This document shows, in pieces, positions 27,018 through 38,373 of a DNA stretch of 64,000 bases. Each line of letters starts with the position of its first letter. The stretch's first letter is position 1. A program made the translations under genes and the position numbers. Source of the stretch: Lepidodermella squamata (lineage: Eukaryota; Animalia; Gastrotricha); the NCBI GenBank assembly GCA_047495785.1, contig JBLDXI010000012.1, positions 558,001 through 622,000 of the forward strand, read 5' to 3'. The notes beneath the pieces are model-generated. The model did not search any database and was not told the origin of the DNA. It saw only the letters and a list, made by a program, of their open reading frames with translations.

Positions 27018-27744
27018 GCGGATACCTGCATTTTCCAAAAATTGTTGCCGTTGTGTGAACTGTATATATGAAATATTAATTTGATCGAAATGTTCGATGA
27101 CTATCTTGTGTTATTATTACTCTTCGGTCGATTTTCAATAATAATACTATTATTAAAGGTGTCGTTGCGATGTTATTATATTAATAATATTATTACCATT
27201 ATTATTATGTAAAACCGCGTCTTCTAATTTTTTCTGAAAATTTTGCATTTATTATATTGATAGCGTATTGTGCTATAAATTCGTTTCCTGTAACAAGCAG
27301 GCGTCCTGTCGTTCGAATTCAATAATTTTTGTTGAATTTTTTCGTGTTTTCATACGTAATCACCATCAGTGTGTCACTCAACAACCAAAATAATGCAGTT
27401 AGGCGGAATCATTTTATAATTCGCTCACGTAATGGTATTTTCGAACAAAATTTGCCCTCTAGGATTCATTCGTAATTCCATGCTGGAAACTTGATAAGAT
27501 CAACATTCAGGCTCAAATGTATACACCTGCCCAACTCAATTAACGTCACACGTAAGGCTGAGGTCTTAAGCTCGGCATAATAGCGTAAATCGTCACTGAT
27601 GTGAAAGTAACGTTATGCTCACGCGATTCTTTTATTTGTGTCTGAAATGAAGGCATTAATAAAGTAGAACTGCTGGAACGGCGTGTCTTTTGTCACTGAA
27701 TCAAATTTAATGTAATTTTTCAAATGGACACATCATAAAAAGTA

Positions 27745-27788
27745 TGAACACTGTTGCAACAACTTGTGGCCCTGAAAAGGGCCGGTTC
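27745..27788 (-). promoter_or_regulatory. Histone mRNA 3' stem-loop plus conserved downstream element (H2B)
   Basis: GGCCCT-TTTC-AGGGCC stem-loop (27768-27783) followed by ACAAGTTGTTGCAACAGTGTTCA. Confidence 0.95.
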
Positions 27789-27824
27789 GGAGTCAGAAGA
27801 CGGTGTTGATGTCTTCAGAGCAGC

Positions 27825-28199
27825 TTATTTCGAGCTGGTGTACTTGGTGACGGCCTTGGTGCCTTCCGAGACGGCGTGCTTGGCGAGCTCACCAGGCAGC
27901 AGGAGACGCACAGCTGTTTGTACCTCTCGACTGCTGATGGTGGCCTTCTTGTTGTAGTGGGCCAGGCGCGACGACTCGAGGGCGATGCGCTCGAAGATGT
28001 CGTTGACGAACGAGTTCATGATGGCCATGGCCTTGCCGGAGATGCCGGTGTCCGGGTGGACCTGTTTCAACACCTTGTAGATGTAGATGTTGTACGACTC
28101 GCGGCGGCGATGGCGCTTCTTCTTCTCGCCGGCGGTCTTCGGCTTCGCGGCCTTCTTCGAACCCTTCGACGCGACTTTACCAGTAACTTTGGGCGACAT
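27825..28199 (-). CDS. H2B: Histone H2B (replication-dependent type)
   Basis: Intronless; [22 protein letters not shown]...[26 protein letters not shown]; 3' stem-loop. Confidence 0.99.
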   Translation of the reverse strand: MSPKVTGKVASKGSKKAAKPKTAGEKKKRHRRRESYNIYIYKVLKQVHPDTGISGKAMAIMNSFVNDIFERIALESSRLAHYNKKATISSREVQTAVRLLLPGELAKHAVSEGTKAVTKYTSSK

Positions 28200-28586
28200 G
28201 ATCGATTGAAATCAAGCGAGGATTGATAAGCAAATAATTATTATAAGCTTCCGAACACCGATGCACGCACTTCCGCTCTCATTTTAACATCCGGCCGGCA
28301 TTAGTGCGCGCACCCTGGCGCATCCGGTATTCAAATTATTTATGGCGCGTGCCTGGGTGACCAATGAAAGTGGAGCGCGTGTCGTAATGAGGCGCGCGCT
28401 TTTATGACTCGCGCCTTGATTGGTTAGTAAAGCAGTAAACAGATTATGAGAATTTCAAAGATAATCAAAAGGCGCGAAATAAATGCCAAAGCGGGGTATA
28501 TAAGGAAAAATCAGGTGTCGGCAAAATTGTTCGTGCTCAGACTGCAAATTTCGCATTCTTTCCGCTTTTAAAACTCAACAACAAAA
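28200..28586. promoter_or_regulatory. Bidirectional H2A/H2B promoter
   Basis: 387-bp divergent spacer with CCAAT (~28361), ATTGG (~28419) and TATATAA (~28497) elements. Confidence 0.7.
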
Positions 28587-29030
28587 ATGTCCGCCCCAGC
28601 TGCTGGTCGTGGTAAGGGAGGCAAGGCCAACCGCCAGAAGGCGAAGACCAAGTCGTCGCGTGCCGGTCTCCAGTTTCCGGTCGGTCGTATCACCCGTCTG
28701 TTGAAGCGCGGTAACTACGCCGAGCGTGTCGGTGCGGGTGCGCCCGTGTACCTCGCCGCCGTCATGGAGTACCTGGCCGCTGAAGTGCTCGAGTTGGCCG
28801 GCAACGCCGCTCGTGACAACAAGAAGACGCGCATCGTGCCTCGCCACATCCAACTGGCGATCCGCAACGACGAGGAGTTGAACAAGCTGCTGTCGCACGT
28901 TACGATTGCCCAAGGCGGTGTTCTGCCCAACATCCAGACCGTCTTGCTGCCGAAGAAGACCGCCGAGGCACCCGCTGCCAAGCCGGCGTCTGGTGGCAAG
29001 AAAAAGGCCGCCGCTAGCCAGTCTCAATAA
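28587..29030 (+). CDS. H2A: Histone H2A with H2A.X-like extended C-terminal tail
   Basis: Canonical core ([12 protein letters not shown]...GGVLPNIQ) plus tail [25 protein letters not shown]. Confidence 0.97.
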   Translation: MSAPAAGRGKGGKANRQKAKTKSSRAGLQFPVGRITRLLKRGNYAERVGAGAPVYLAAVMEYLAAEVLELAGNAARDNKKTRIVPRHIQLAIRNDEELNKLLSHVTIAQGGVLPNIQTVLLPKKTAEAPAAKPASGGKKKAAASQSQ

Positions 29031-29068
29031 GCGACTCTCTTCCATCCATCGCAGCTTTTAAAAAGCAT

Positions 29069-29112
29069 GAACCGGCCCTTTTCAGGGCCACAAGTTGTTG
29101 CAACAGTGTTCA
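29069..29112 (+). promoter_or_regulatory. Histone mRNA 3' stem-loop plus conserved downstream element (H2A)
   Basis: Stem-loop 29074-29089; the 44 nt are identical to the H2B element. AATAAA at 29131 and 29143. Confidence 0.95.
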
Positions 29113-29442
29113 ATAGAATTCCATAAATATAATAAATGAATGAATAAATGAATTATAAGAATAACTTCCGCATTGGCAAAAAGTTGGCAAACGATTGGAT
29201 TTGGAACAACTAAAATCATTCAAGTCTAAACACGGTAATTGATTCATTAATTCCTTATGCTTTTTCTCAAAAACAGTTGTCGTATATCATTAAGTAATTC
29301 TCCCAATAGCCTTTTGAGTTACCGTATTAACCAATCGGTCTTAGATGACCGCATCGGTTATTAGGGTTCATCATTTCCAATAATTCCTTGCTTATTAAGA
29401 TATCGTATTGAGCAATAACGTACCGTCATTTGGGGTAAAATG

Positions 29443-30606
29443 CCCTCGACGCATGCCTGCGTGAAAACCAGGCCAGGCGGCCTTTCGATCTGGCCGACGT
29501 TGCACTGACATGATTTTTGCCCTGCGGAACATAGTCGAGCAATGTGTCGAGTGGAACGCGGACGTATGGGTAAATTTTGTCGACATTAAAAAAGCTTTCG
29601 ACAGTATCCACAGGTCCACGCTCTGGGCAATCTTGCGTTCTACCGAACCTTTTCTACCGAAAATTCGTATGCTCGGTCTTAGTCGATGGTAAAGAAACGG
29701 AGCCATTTGCCGTAGCCTCGGGTGTCAGTCAGGGCTGTATCCTATCACTCCTGCTCTTCAATGTCGCCATCGACTTCGTCATGCGGCAGACGACCGCCGA
29801 AGGTCGCAGGGGTATCAATTGGGGCGTTTTCCGTCATCTTGATGACCTCGACTTTGCGGACGATCTTGCGCTCCTCGCCACATGCGCCAGACATCTACAA
29901 GAGAAGACAAGCTACGAGCGGCCGCGAGTCAAGTCGGATTAGCGATCAATGAAAAGAAGACTAAGATTTTCACAACACAAAGAAGCGACGATACAGTTCG
30001 GCTCGGCGATGAGAGCTCGAGAAAGTGGACGATTTTACCTACCTAGGCAGTGTTATTAGCAAAGACGGGACAAGCAGTGACGTAGTGACGTGACTGAAGA
30101 AGGCAAAAGCGGCCTTAGCGATGCTAGGGAAAGTCTGGCGATATCGGCGAGTCGACACAAAATTCAAAATATACTTCAGCACGGTGGTATCAGTCCTTCT
30201 ATACGGTGCCGAGTATTGGAGCATGACGGAGTCAGACCGGCGATCTATCGACGTGTTCCACAACAAAAGCCTAAGGCGCATTGTTGGAATTTTCTGGCCT
30301 CAACTTATCTCGAATGGCGAATTATACCGCCGAACAAACAGCGAACCGATGTCTGTCATCGTCTCCGCTGGCTAGGGCATGTGCTGCGAATGCCTGACTA
30401 CCGGATTCCCAGAACGGCCCTGTTCTGGAGACCCGCTATTGGAAAGCGGAAGGTCGGGCGTCCTAAACTCACTTGGAGAACGGCCATCGAGCGAGACCTA
30501 TCGGAACTCGGCATGTCCTGGATAGAGGCTAAAAAGCGCGCGCGAGTGGAGATGAGTGGAGAAGCACGGTCGCAGGATGCCCCATGGGACCAACCTAAAC
30601 CTACTA
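29443..30606 (+). mobile_element. 5'-truncated, frameshifted RTE-clade non-LTR retrotransposon
   Basis: RT motifs across frames (FVDIKKAFDSIHR, GVSQGCILS.LLF, LDFADDLALL, F.YLGS, LLYGAEYW, RLRWLGHVLRM...GKRKVGRPK.TW). Flanked by a perfect 16-bp direct repeat catttggggtaaaatg (29427-29442, 30607-30622); short acctaa/cta tail. Confidence 0.92.
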
Positions 30607-31827
30607 CATTTGGGGTAAAATGGACCTAGGAAAAAATATGACCCCTGTTTTTTGTTTTTTTTCGCATTTTTACACGTTTCAGAGGGTCCTGATCCCGATT
30701 TTATAAGGAGCTCAATTTAGCCAAGAGAGGTCCAACGCCGGGTTTTCGCACGCAGTCAGCGTTGTGGTAAAGGCGGATCATCCTCTCCTATACTCGCGAC
30801 TCGCGCATAATCATGCTGATTTCATGATCTGAACATCGAGCTAGGACAAGGTGACTGGCTAATTTTAATGCCACAAACACTTTATTGCAGCTGGACTCAA
30901 TTTCAAGAAATGAGTGGTCATTTTCGAGCTTCGGTCATTCCATTTTTCGAGACGATGAGTTGACAGCCCGTCAATCGTGTGGCGTCGCCCCGAAAAGAGA
31001 ATAGAACGAATGAAAACTGATATTCCAATCTAATAAGAGAATTGAGAATTTACACAAAAATACTCTATGTTATTCAACCGATCAAACTAGTGGTGTCAAT
31101 TAACGCTGCAAAAGTGCAGGTTGCAATGGCCAGATTTTCAAACAAAACTCTTACATCATGCGGCAGTAAAATATTTATTAAGCACACAATTTTTATCAAA
31201 ATTTGTTGAGAATTTACTAACTTATAAAATAAATGTATAAAAATATTATTTATACGAATCATATGATGAGTCCGCGTGGTTGATCGATTGCTGGAGCTTG
31301 TCATGACCCCGAGCAGTTCTTCGATTGAGATTTTCAAGAAATGTTCTCGAAAATCGTGCCACTCTAAGTTACCTAAATTCCCGCTTAGTGTCCACACCGC
31401 TGTTACCTTGATTTTTTTTCGCTTTGAATTCCGAAAAATTGCAGTAGGCATTTTTCCAGGGTCTCTGATTTTCCGGCTTGGATTTACTTATGCAAAGGCG
31501 ACCTATTTTCTGTTACTTTCTTTTTTGCTTTCTTTCAGAGGGTTGGTTTTGCAGGTTAAGATTTTCTTATCGTTATTTTCGTACCGCGTTCATGAACAAG
31601 AGGCGGGTTTACTGACTGACGCGGTTTTTTTTTATGCCACTAATCCATTTCCAATGATTAGGCTCTGCCATTTTCGGATTTGGAGGCGGGTGGTTGAATC
31701 GTTTTGGTTTGTCTTTCCTTCGCCTTCCTGAGAATTTGGAAGGGCATAGAAGCCTAGTCAAGAGGTAACAGAACTGTCATTTCCAATTTTCTAGGCTCTT
31801 ATCTGTTAGCTTTCGCCAACATCAGCC

Positions 31828-32448
31828 ATGTCTGACAGCGGAGATGATGTTCAACAAAACGATGCGCAACATGACGAGGAATTCGAAGTTGCGGAATCTG
31901 GTGCCTCGGAAACCTATCCCATGCAGTGCTCTGCTCTGCGCAAGGGCGGATTCGTCATGATTAAGGATCACCCGTGCAAGATTATGGAAATGTCAACCTC
32001 CAAGACCGGTAAACACGGTCACGCCAAGGTTAACTTGGTCGGACTTGACATCTTCACCAATAAAAAATACGAAGATATGTGCCCGTCAACCCACAACATG
32101 GATGTTCCTAACGTCTCCCGCAAGGAATTGTCCCTTTGCGACGTTTCAGATGATGGCTTCATGTCTTTGATGGATGACAGCGGAAACGTAGGCCCGCTGA
32201 ATTTCAGAATAATGTTTTATAACATGTGGCATTGATTTCAGATGCGTGACGATCTTAAGATTCCCGAAGGCGATCTTGGCAAGCAGATTCAGGAAAAATT
32301 CAAGTCTGGCGAATCCCTTCTGGTTAGTAATAAGCTGATTTTGCCATATAATATCTGAAATTCCATATTTTCATAGATTACCATCTTGAAGGCGTGCAAA
32401 CAGGAAATGGCGATTGGCTTCAAGAACGAGCCCAAGGGAGGTAACTAG
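31828..32448 (+). CDS. EIF5A: Translation factor eIF5A
   Basis: Hypusine motif [12 protein letters not shown]; three exons, approx. 31828-32187, 32242-32322, 32378-32448. Confidence 0.97.
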
Positions 32449-33112
32449 AGCTGCTCGAAATCCAGGCGGTCAGTAGTATTGTGTCAAGTGGCCTTATTTC
32501 TGATGTGCCATGTTGGCGATAAAACAAAACTGATCAATAAAATGAATAGTGTCATTCCGCTTTTTGATTCGGAAAATAGTCTTTATTCATCTGAGGTTAT
32601 TCCTAATATTCGATTTTTCACTATTAAAAATGGTTGCACGCAATACAGCTCGAAGTTATCGCTGCTTTTCAGCGCGTGAGTAATATAGTCGAGGTTTTGT
32701 GCATTCGCTCCGTGAAGCTAGAATCAGTGGTCCATGCTTCTCGTCACATTATTCTATTAATTAATGTATGATAAAGACATGATTTCTGCTGGCATTTGAT
32801 GTGTCTTGCCTTTTAAATTCTATTCTACCAATATTAGTTAGGCGCAACTTGAAACTTTCGGATAGATAATATTGTATATCTGCTCTTGTTCTCTGGTTTC
32901 TTAAAAGATGCAAGTTTTGAAGGCATTATGAGTTATGAATGGTAAGAGGTGAATTGAGACGAGGTGTGCTGTTCTCATTCAATGACTATTGTGCTGGGTT
33001 TCTTTCCCGTGATAATGTTACAACATATTTGTCGATGAAAAAGTTGTTCAATCATATTAAAAGAGGAATTTTGAACGGTGTTCAGCCTTTTATTGCATAA
33101 ATTGTCATCGAG

Positions 33113-33882
33113 TTAACTTATGTCAAAAGTAGCTCCTTTCGCTGATCGGACTTTTAATTTCTGCTTCTGATTGACAACTAGAGGTGGAAAGTGAGAGACG
33201 CTCGTGAAAAGTTTGAAAGATACAATTGACCTTACCGCGAAGTACATCGGCCATCGTGCTGTAATCGTTGCCTAAAAATCAAATGTATCTCTTCGTGCAG
33301 TGGCATTCTGAAGAAATTATTACTATTCAAACAGACGTAGTTCGTTTGCGCGTAAGGTTGTTGATTCATGTTGCATGTTGAAGCACTAGGCGATAGGGGC
33401 AACTCACCCCAGCGCGCTCGACATTGGTTTTTCCCAAAGCAGTTACGATCTACAAAATTGAGCATATTTGGCGTCGAGCAAGTAGTGTAGGCTGTAAAGT
33501 TGTAGCCTTCTTCGTTACAAATATCGTTCCGCAGTCTCCAAACATCACCTATATCAAAATATTTACCAATATTGGATAATTGGTAACTGAGAGCTTACTC
33601 TGGCAAACGAAGACGAATTCTTCTGGTAATTCACACCACAATCGGAAGAGACCTTTGTAGCAAACGCGCGATTTTCGGGTAACGCGCTCATTTTCTGTGC
33701 AAACTACAAAACCGAGCTATATTTAAACTGGATCTCTCGCTTATTTATCATTTACGTGCTATTCGATTTTGGGATGTCAGAGAGTCTAGTTGCGTATAAT
33801 CGCTTGCGCCAAAGGTTATCCCTTCTACATCGTCAAGAGCAAATGAAACGATATAAAGAGCCAAAATTTGGTAAAATTTCAT
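33113..33882 (-). CDS. Secreted protein with divergent SUEL/galactose-binding-lectin-like domain (185 aa)
   Basis: Five exons (33882-33756, 33703-33599, 33548-33324, 33271-33236, 33177-33113) join in frame. Signal peptide MKFYQILALYIVSFA, then VC...LWC...IC...TC...V.RNCFGKNQC...TC...PY...NYVC, the 8-Cys SUEL spacing. Confidence 0.7.
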
Positions 33883-34591
33883 CTAGATGCTTTTCAGTAT
33901 TACACGATAATGAATATTATCCATGCGTCAGCGTATTTTCACAAAAGGCTGTGCAGGATGAATGGTTGCCCCTGGAAGCAGATAAAACACGGTTTTCTGC
34001 ACAAATGTGAATTACTCTGAATTTATTCCTTTTTTGAGTGACAAAGCTGAGAAAAAGCAAGCACAACATATTATCACTCTCTTGTTTGCGTTGATTCCTT
34101 GTTCCCTCGAAAGTTTCGCAACAAGGTTGAACGTAAGTAAATACACATAATCTAGTTGAGGATAACTGTTCAGCGGCACGATAAGCGATAAAATAAATGA
34201 TATAATTTGAGTTGATGACAATCAGGTATTGATATAACGATTTACTTTCAGGCAGTGAGTTACATTGTTAGTTGGAATAGAACATTTACTAAGGGAAAAA
34301 CCAGTCAGGTTTTCATAAATAATATCAATAAACATGAGTCACCGTAGAGCGAGTGGTCGTCGCTTGAAAACACGCTTCGCTCGATATGAACAAAAATTCG
34401 TGATGTAAAATTGGCAGTTGCTTTTCCTTGATGGCACTCAAAGTAAAGACATCACGAACCGACGGCACAATTAATTTGATAAACAAAAGCGCATGAGACA
34501 ATCTGGCAAAATGATAACATAAATTTTGAATTGTGTTTTTTTTAGAAATTTCGCGCTAAAAACATGAAGAGCTTTAAGACTTTGTTTCAGT

Positions 34592-37500
34592 TCAATAATC
34601 ATTATTTGCGTTGGCGATGTTGAAGCCAAGCTGGAAGCCCTTGCCGTGAGCCGACGCGAGCCACGTCCTCCAGTCCGCCTTAAACTGTACAGTTACGGCT
34701 TGCGACGTCGAGTAAATGGGTCGTCTATCCGGGTAGTTACCAGAGCAGAACTGGCCGAGCGCTGGCGAGTTGGCCGACGAACCGTCGCGAAGGGCAACAA
34801 AGCTGCCTAAGCACTGATCGTTATCGCCGGGGATGTCCATGATAGTGAAGACCATTCTGAAAAAAATGTTATACTTGAATAAGAGAATTCAAACTTTTGG
34901 GAACGAGCTTACTGAATGCGCTGATCGCTGCGTGGGGCAACAAGCACCCATGTGCAAGTATCGCCAGCTTGGTAGCCACCGAAATCGAAGTTGGGCGAGT
35001 GAAGGATCTTTTATAAAAGATGCTTAAATCATGCTTGCACTTCGGAAATAATTCTTTATGTTACCTGGACAGTTTCGGTAGCGGCAATTGCGAAGGTTTG
35101 ACCACTGCAACGACCACGGAGTTGGAAGTTGGCGTTAGGCTGGGGTCCGGTGGGCGTTCCAGGAACACGGATGGCCTTGTATTGGAGAGTGAAACCAGCC
35201 CATTGGTTCTGAGCATCACTGGCGAAGCGAACAACGGCAAAGCGTTGGCTGGTCTTGATTTCAGTGAGACCAAGCTGAGCTTCTGGTGGCGTGTTGCCGC
35301 AGAAACGGCCGACGCGGGTTGTGTTCGGCCGGGTGTCATCTTCACCGTTGTAGATTTCAACGAAGTCAGGGCAGTCATCACCATCAGCCGGCGAGGCTTG
35401 ACCAGTGCGGGCGAGCGGGCTCTCGAGACGGAAGGTTGGGAAGCGGATGCGGAGGACAAAGCCGAGAGGAGCTTCAATCTGCCACTTGCATGAGTCGCTA
35501 GGTGCGTAAGTTGTCATGTTGGAGTCAGAAGCTGGCATGTAGACTGTCGACCAGTCCTTGTCGTTGGCGATGACGCGGTAACTGACGCCGTTGCACTTGG
35601 GCACTGGCGGCTTGGTCGGCTGAGGTGCTGGCGATGAAGTGTAGGCAAGGGCGATGTTCTTCATTGCCTCTGCTTCCGCCTTGAAGCTGATCTTGAAACC
35701 TCGGCCGGTTCCGCGAGCATTAGCGGCGAACTGGATGAAGATGGAAGATCCAGAAGAAATGATGCGCTGGTAGTAGAAGTCACCGCAGAAGCGACCGAGC
35801 TCCGGCGCGGAGGGTGATGAGCCATCGAAAACTTGAACGAAGTTCTGCGGGCAAGAGTGGTTCGGTCCAGCGGGTCCGACGTCGAAGTCCTCGACAACAA
35901 GGTGGATGCGTTCGTTGCCGCGGGTATCGCCATGGGAAGTGATCAGCCACGCGCAGGTGTCCGAAGTTGTGCCAGTGCCGTAGTTGGGAGACGTCAGCGA
36001 GCCCATGCGGAACTGGTCAGCTGTGAGGGTGTTGATCTTTCCGGAACAAGGCGATGGTGCCGCGAAGTTGGTGAACGGAGCAATTGTCGACGCTTCGGGG
36101 GCCGTTGGACTAGTTTGTTTAAACGAGAGGCGGAAACCAGAGTACTGTGTATCGGTATCAGATCGGAAGACAATCGTCGCGCTATTTGTCGTCGTGCGGA
36201 TAGACTTGCTGCGAAGCAGACGATCGGGTCCGCACATCGTGGCTTTAAGGTCGCGGAAGAAGTTATTCTCGGTGGTGACGTCGATCTCGCGATTGTAGAT
36301 CTTGAGCGAATCGCCGCCGCAAGTCGGCAGAGCGCCGTCGAGCTCCATCTCAATAACATTGATCTCAATAACCATGCCAGCGTCAGCTTGGATGATCCAG
36401 TAGCACTGGTCATTGGCAGCGTACATCGCAACGCCGTAATTCGGCGAGGTGACGTACTGCTCTGTGGCCAACGCCTTGATCTTCTTGGTCTCACCACCGC
36501 AGCTCTGTGGACCCGGGCGCTGGGCTTGGCCAATAGAGGGCGCCTGGATAGCTGGAGCAGCGGTCTTATCCTGAACTTGGAAGGAGAGCACGAATCCACC
36601 GAATTCGTTGGTCGAGTCCGAACGGAAGTTGATCAACAGACGGCTGGTACGGCTGTAAAACATTTTTCCGACGTTTTCACTGCTGCCGCAAAGGTGAGCA
36701 AGAACAGCGGGCGGAACTGGGACATCACCATCATAAACATCGAGGTAATCATAGGGGCAAGGATCGCTGCGAGGATTGCGAACACCTGGCGCCGGAGCTT
36801 CGATGTTCATAGATGTAATAGTAACACGAATCTAAAGATAATAGGAACCTAAAAAATCGAATAATCAACTTTTTAAAGATAAATTACGGTGAGTCCTGGA
36901 TCAGTCCACAGTCTCCATGTGCAGTTATCGCTGGAGAAGTACTTTCCGTTGTTGAAGTTCGGGCTGCGGATGGTGCGGGACACAGAATCAGCGCGGAGAA
37001 CCATAACGTTACCGTTGCAGCGGGTGTCAAGGGCGCTGGGGACCAAGTCAGTGCTACCAGGCGCGCCGACATCGACACGCATGTTCTGAAGAACTTCCTG
37101 TCTGTCAATCGGAAGGGTGTCGAGGGGTGAATCCGGGCCGGTGGTTGGGGCATCTGCGACACTAACTTAAAATCTGTTGAACTCATCGAAAAAAGTCTGA
37201 CTTACCGACGGCTTGGTAATTGATACGGAAACCACGGAAATGTCTGAAAGCATCGCTGCTGAACACGACAAGAGCCAGGCGGCCAGGGGTGGTAATGGCT
37301 GGCGGGATGATGCTGCCGCAGTATTTACCAAGCTGACCAGCGCCGGCTGACACACCGCTGAAGACTTGAACGTTGTCATCAGCGCAGACGCTGCTGCCAG
37401 TTCCGACCTCGAAAACGTCGAAAACGATCTTGATGCGTTTGTTAGGATCGGCAGCGATCAGCCAATAGCACTTGTCCGATGGGTAGTATTCGCCGAATCC

Positions 37501-38373
37501 GAAGTTCGGCGACAGGATAGTTCCGGTTTCGTTCGACGCCTGCAACATGTCGAGACGACCGTTGCACTTGGGCGACGGCTTTGACGAGGCAAGAACGCTA
37601 GCTGGGGCGTTGATGCGCTGTTGCTGCTGTTGAACCTGAACCGCGGTGGGGAACAGCGATTCGGGCTCGATCGGCTTCGGAGCCGGAACAGCAACTGGCG
37701 GGATGGGAGTCGGTCTTGACCCATCACCCCTAAGGTCTAAAAAAGTCGTGAATAACAAGGTCAAATTTTAGTTCGGTAGCGAAAATGGGTAAAATTACAG
37801 CTGACGACGTCGAATTTGAGCCTGAAACCAGTCCTAACAAATGGAGCATCAGAAACGAATTTGAGCAGCAAGTCGCCGTTTGGCGTCAAGAAGTCTTGGC
37901 TCTTCGTGGCGTTGCCGTTGAGCGTGCCACAGAAGACGGACAGCATGTTGGCGCGGTTTTCGAAGCTGCCCTGGTAGACTTCAAGGCGATCCTTGACGCA
38001 GCCAGGCGACCATTCAACGTCGAAGCGCAAGAACGAAATGCGAACGACGGTGCCGCGGGTGTTAATCACCCAATAGCACGTGTCGAGGTTGGGGTAGACA
38101 ACGGTGGCGCCATTGCTGGCCTGGCGCTGTGTGGCTTCATCCACAGCCGGGTACAAGACTTCGGCCGAGGTGCCTGATACGGTCACCTGTCGGCCACCGC
38201 AAGCCGGCGCGTAGGCCACATTCGGCAGCATTTGTGCGTTTGTGAGGCATAAGGAAACTAAAACCGCGAATGCCTATAAACAACGTTGATTTCTAAAAAA
38301 TCGATCAAAGCTGATATTGGAAGTGGCTTACCACGTGCGGAATAGAACGGCCAAGAGCCGCAGTGGTTGTCAT
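34592..38373 (-). CDS. Secreted multi-CUB protein (7 CUB domains)
   Basis: Signal peptide across exons 1-2 (MTTTAALGRSIPHVAFAVLVSLCLTNA), seven CUB units with Pro-rich linkers, no TM. Same C(N/G/S)G...SPN(F/Y)G...D.C.W style as the 11025-16236 gene. Confidence 0.9.

Noticed and set aside
27754-29045. Long antisense ORFs over the histone genes (also 35833-36852 over the CUB gene)
   Set aside because: Shadow ORFs caused by GC-rich codon bias on the coding strand.
29320-29368. Imperfect inverted repeat starting taccgtattaacc
   Set aside because: Short and mismatched; probably a collapsed transposon end.
31276-31731. 151-aa Phe/Leu-rich ORF upstream of eIF5A
   Set aside because: GTG start and T-rich composition; better explained as outron or 5' intron sequence.
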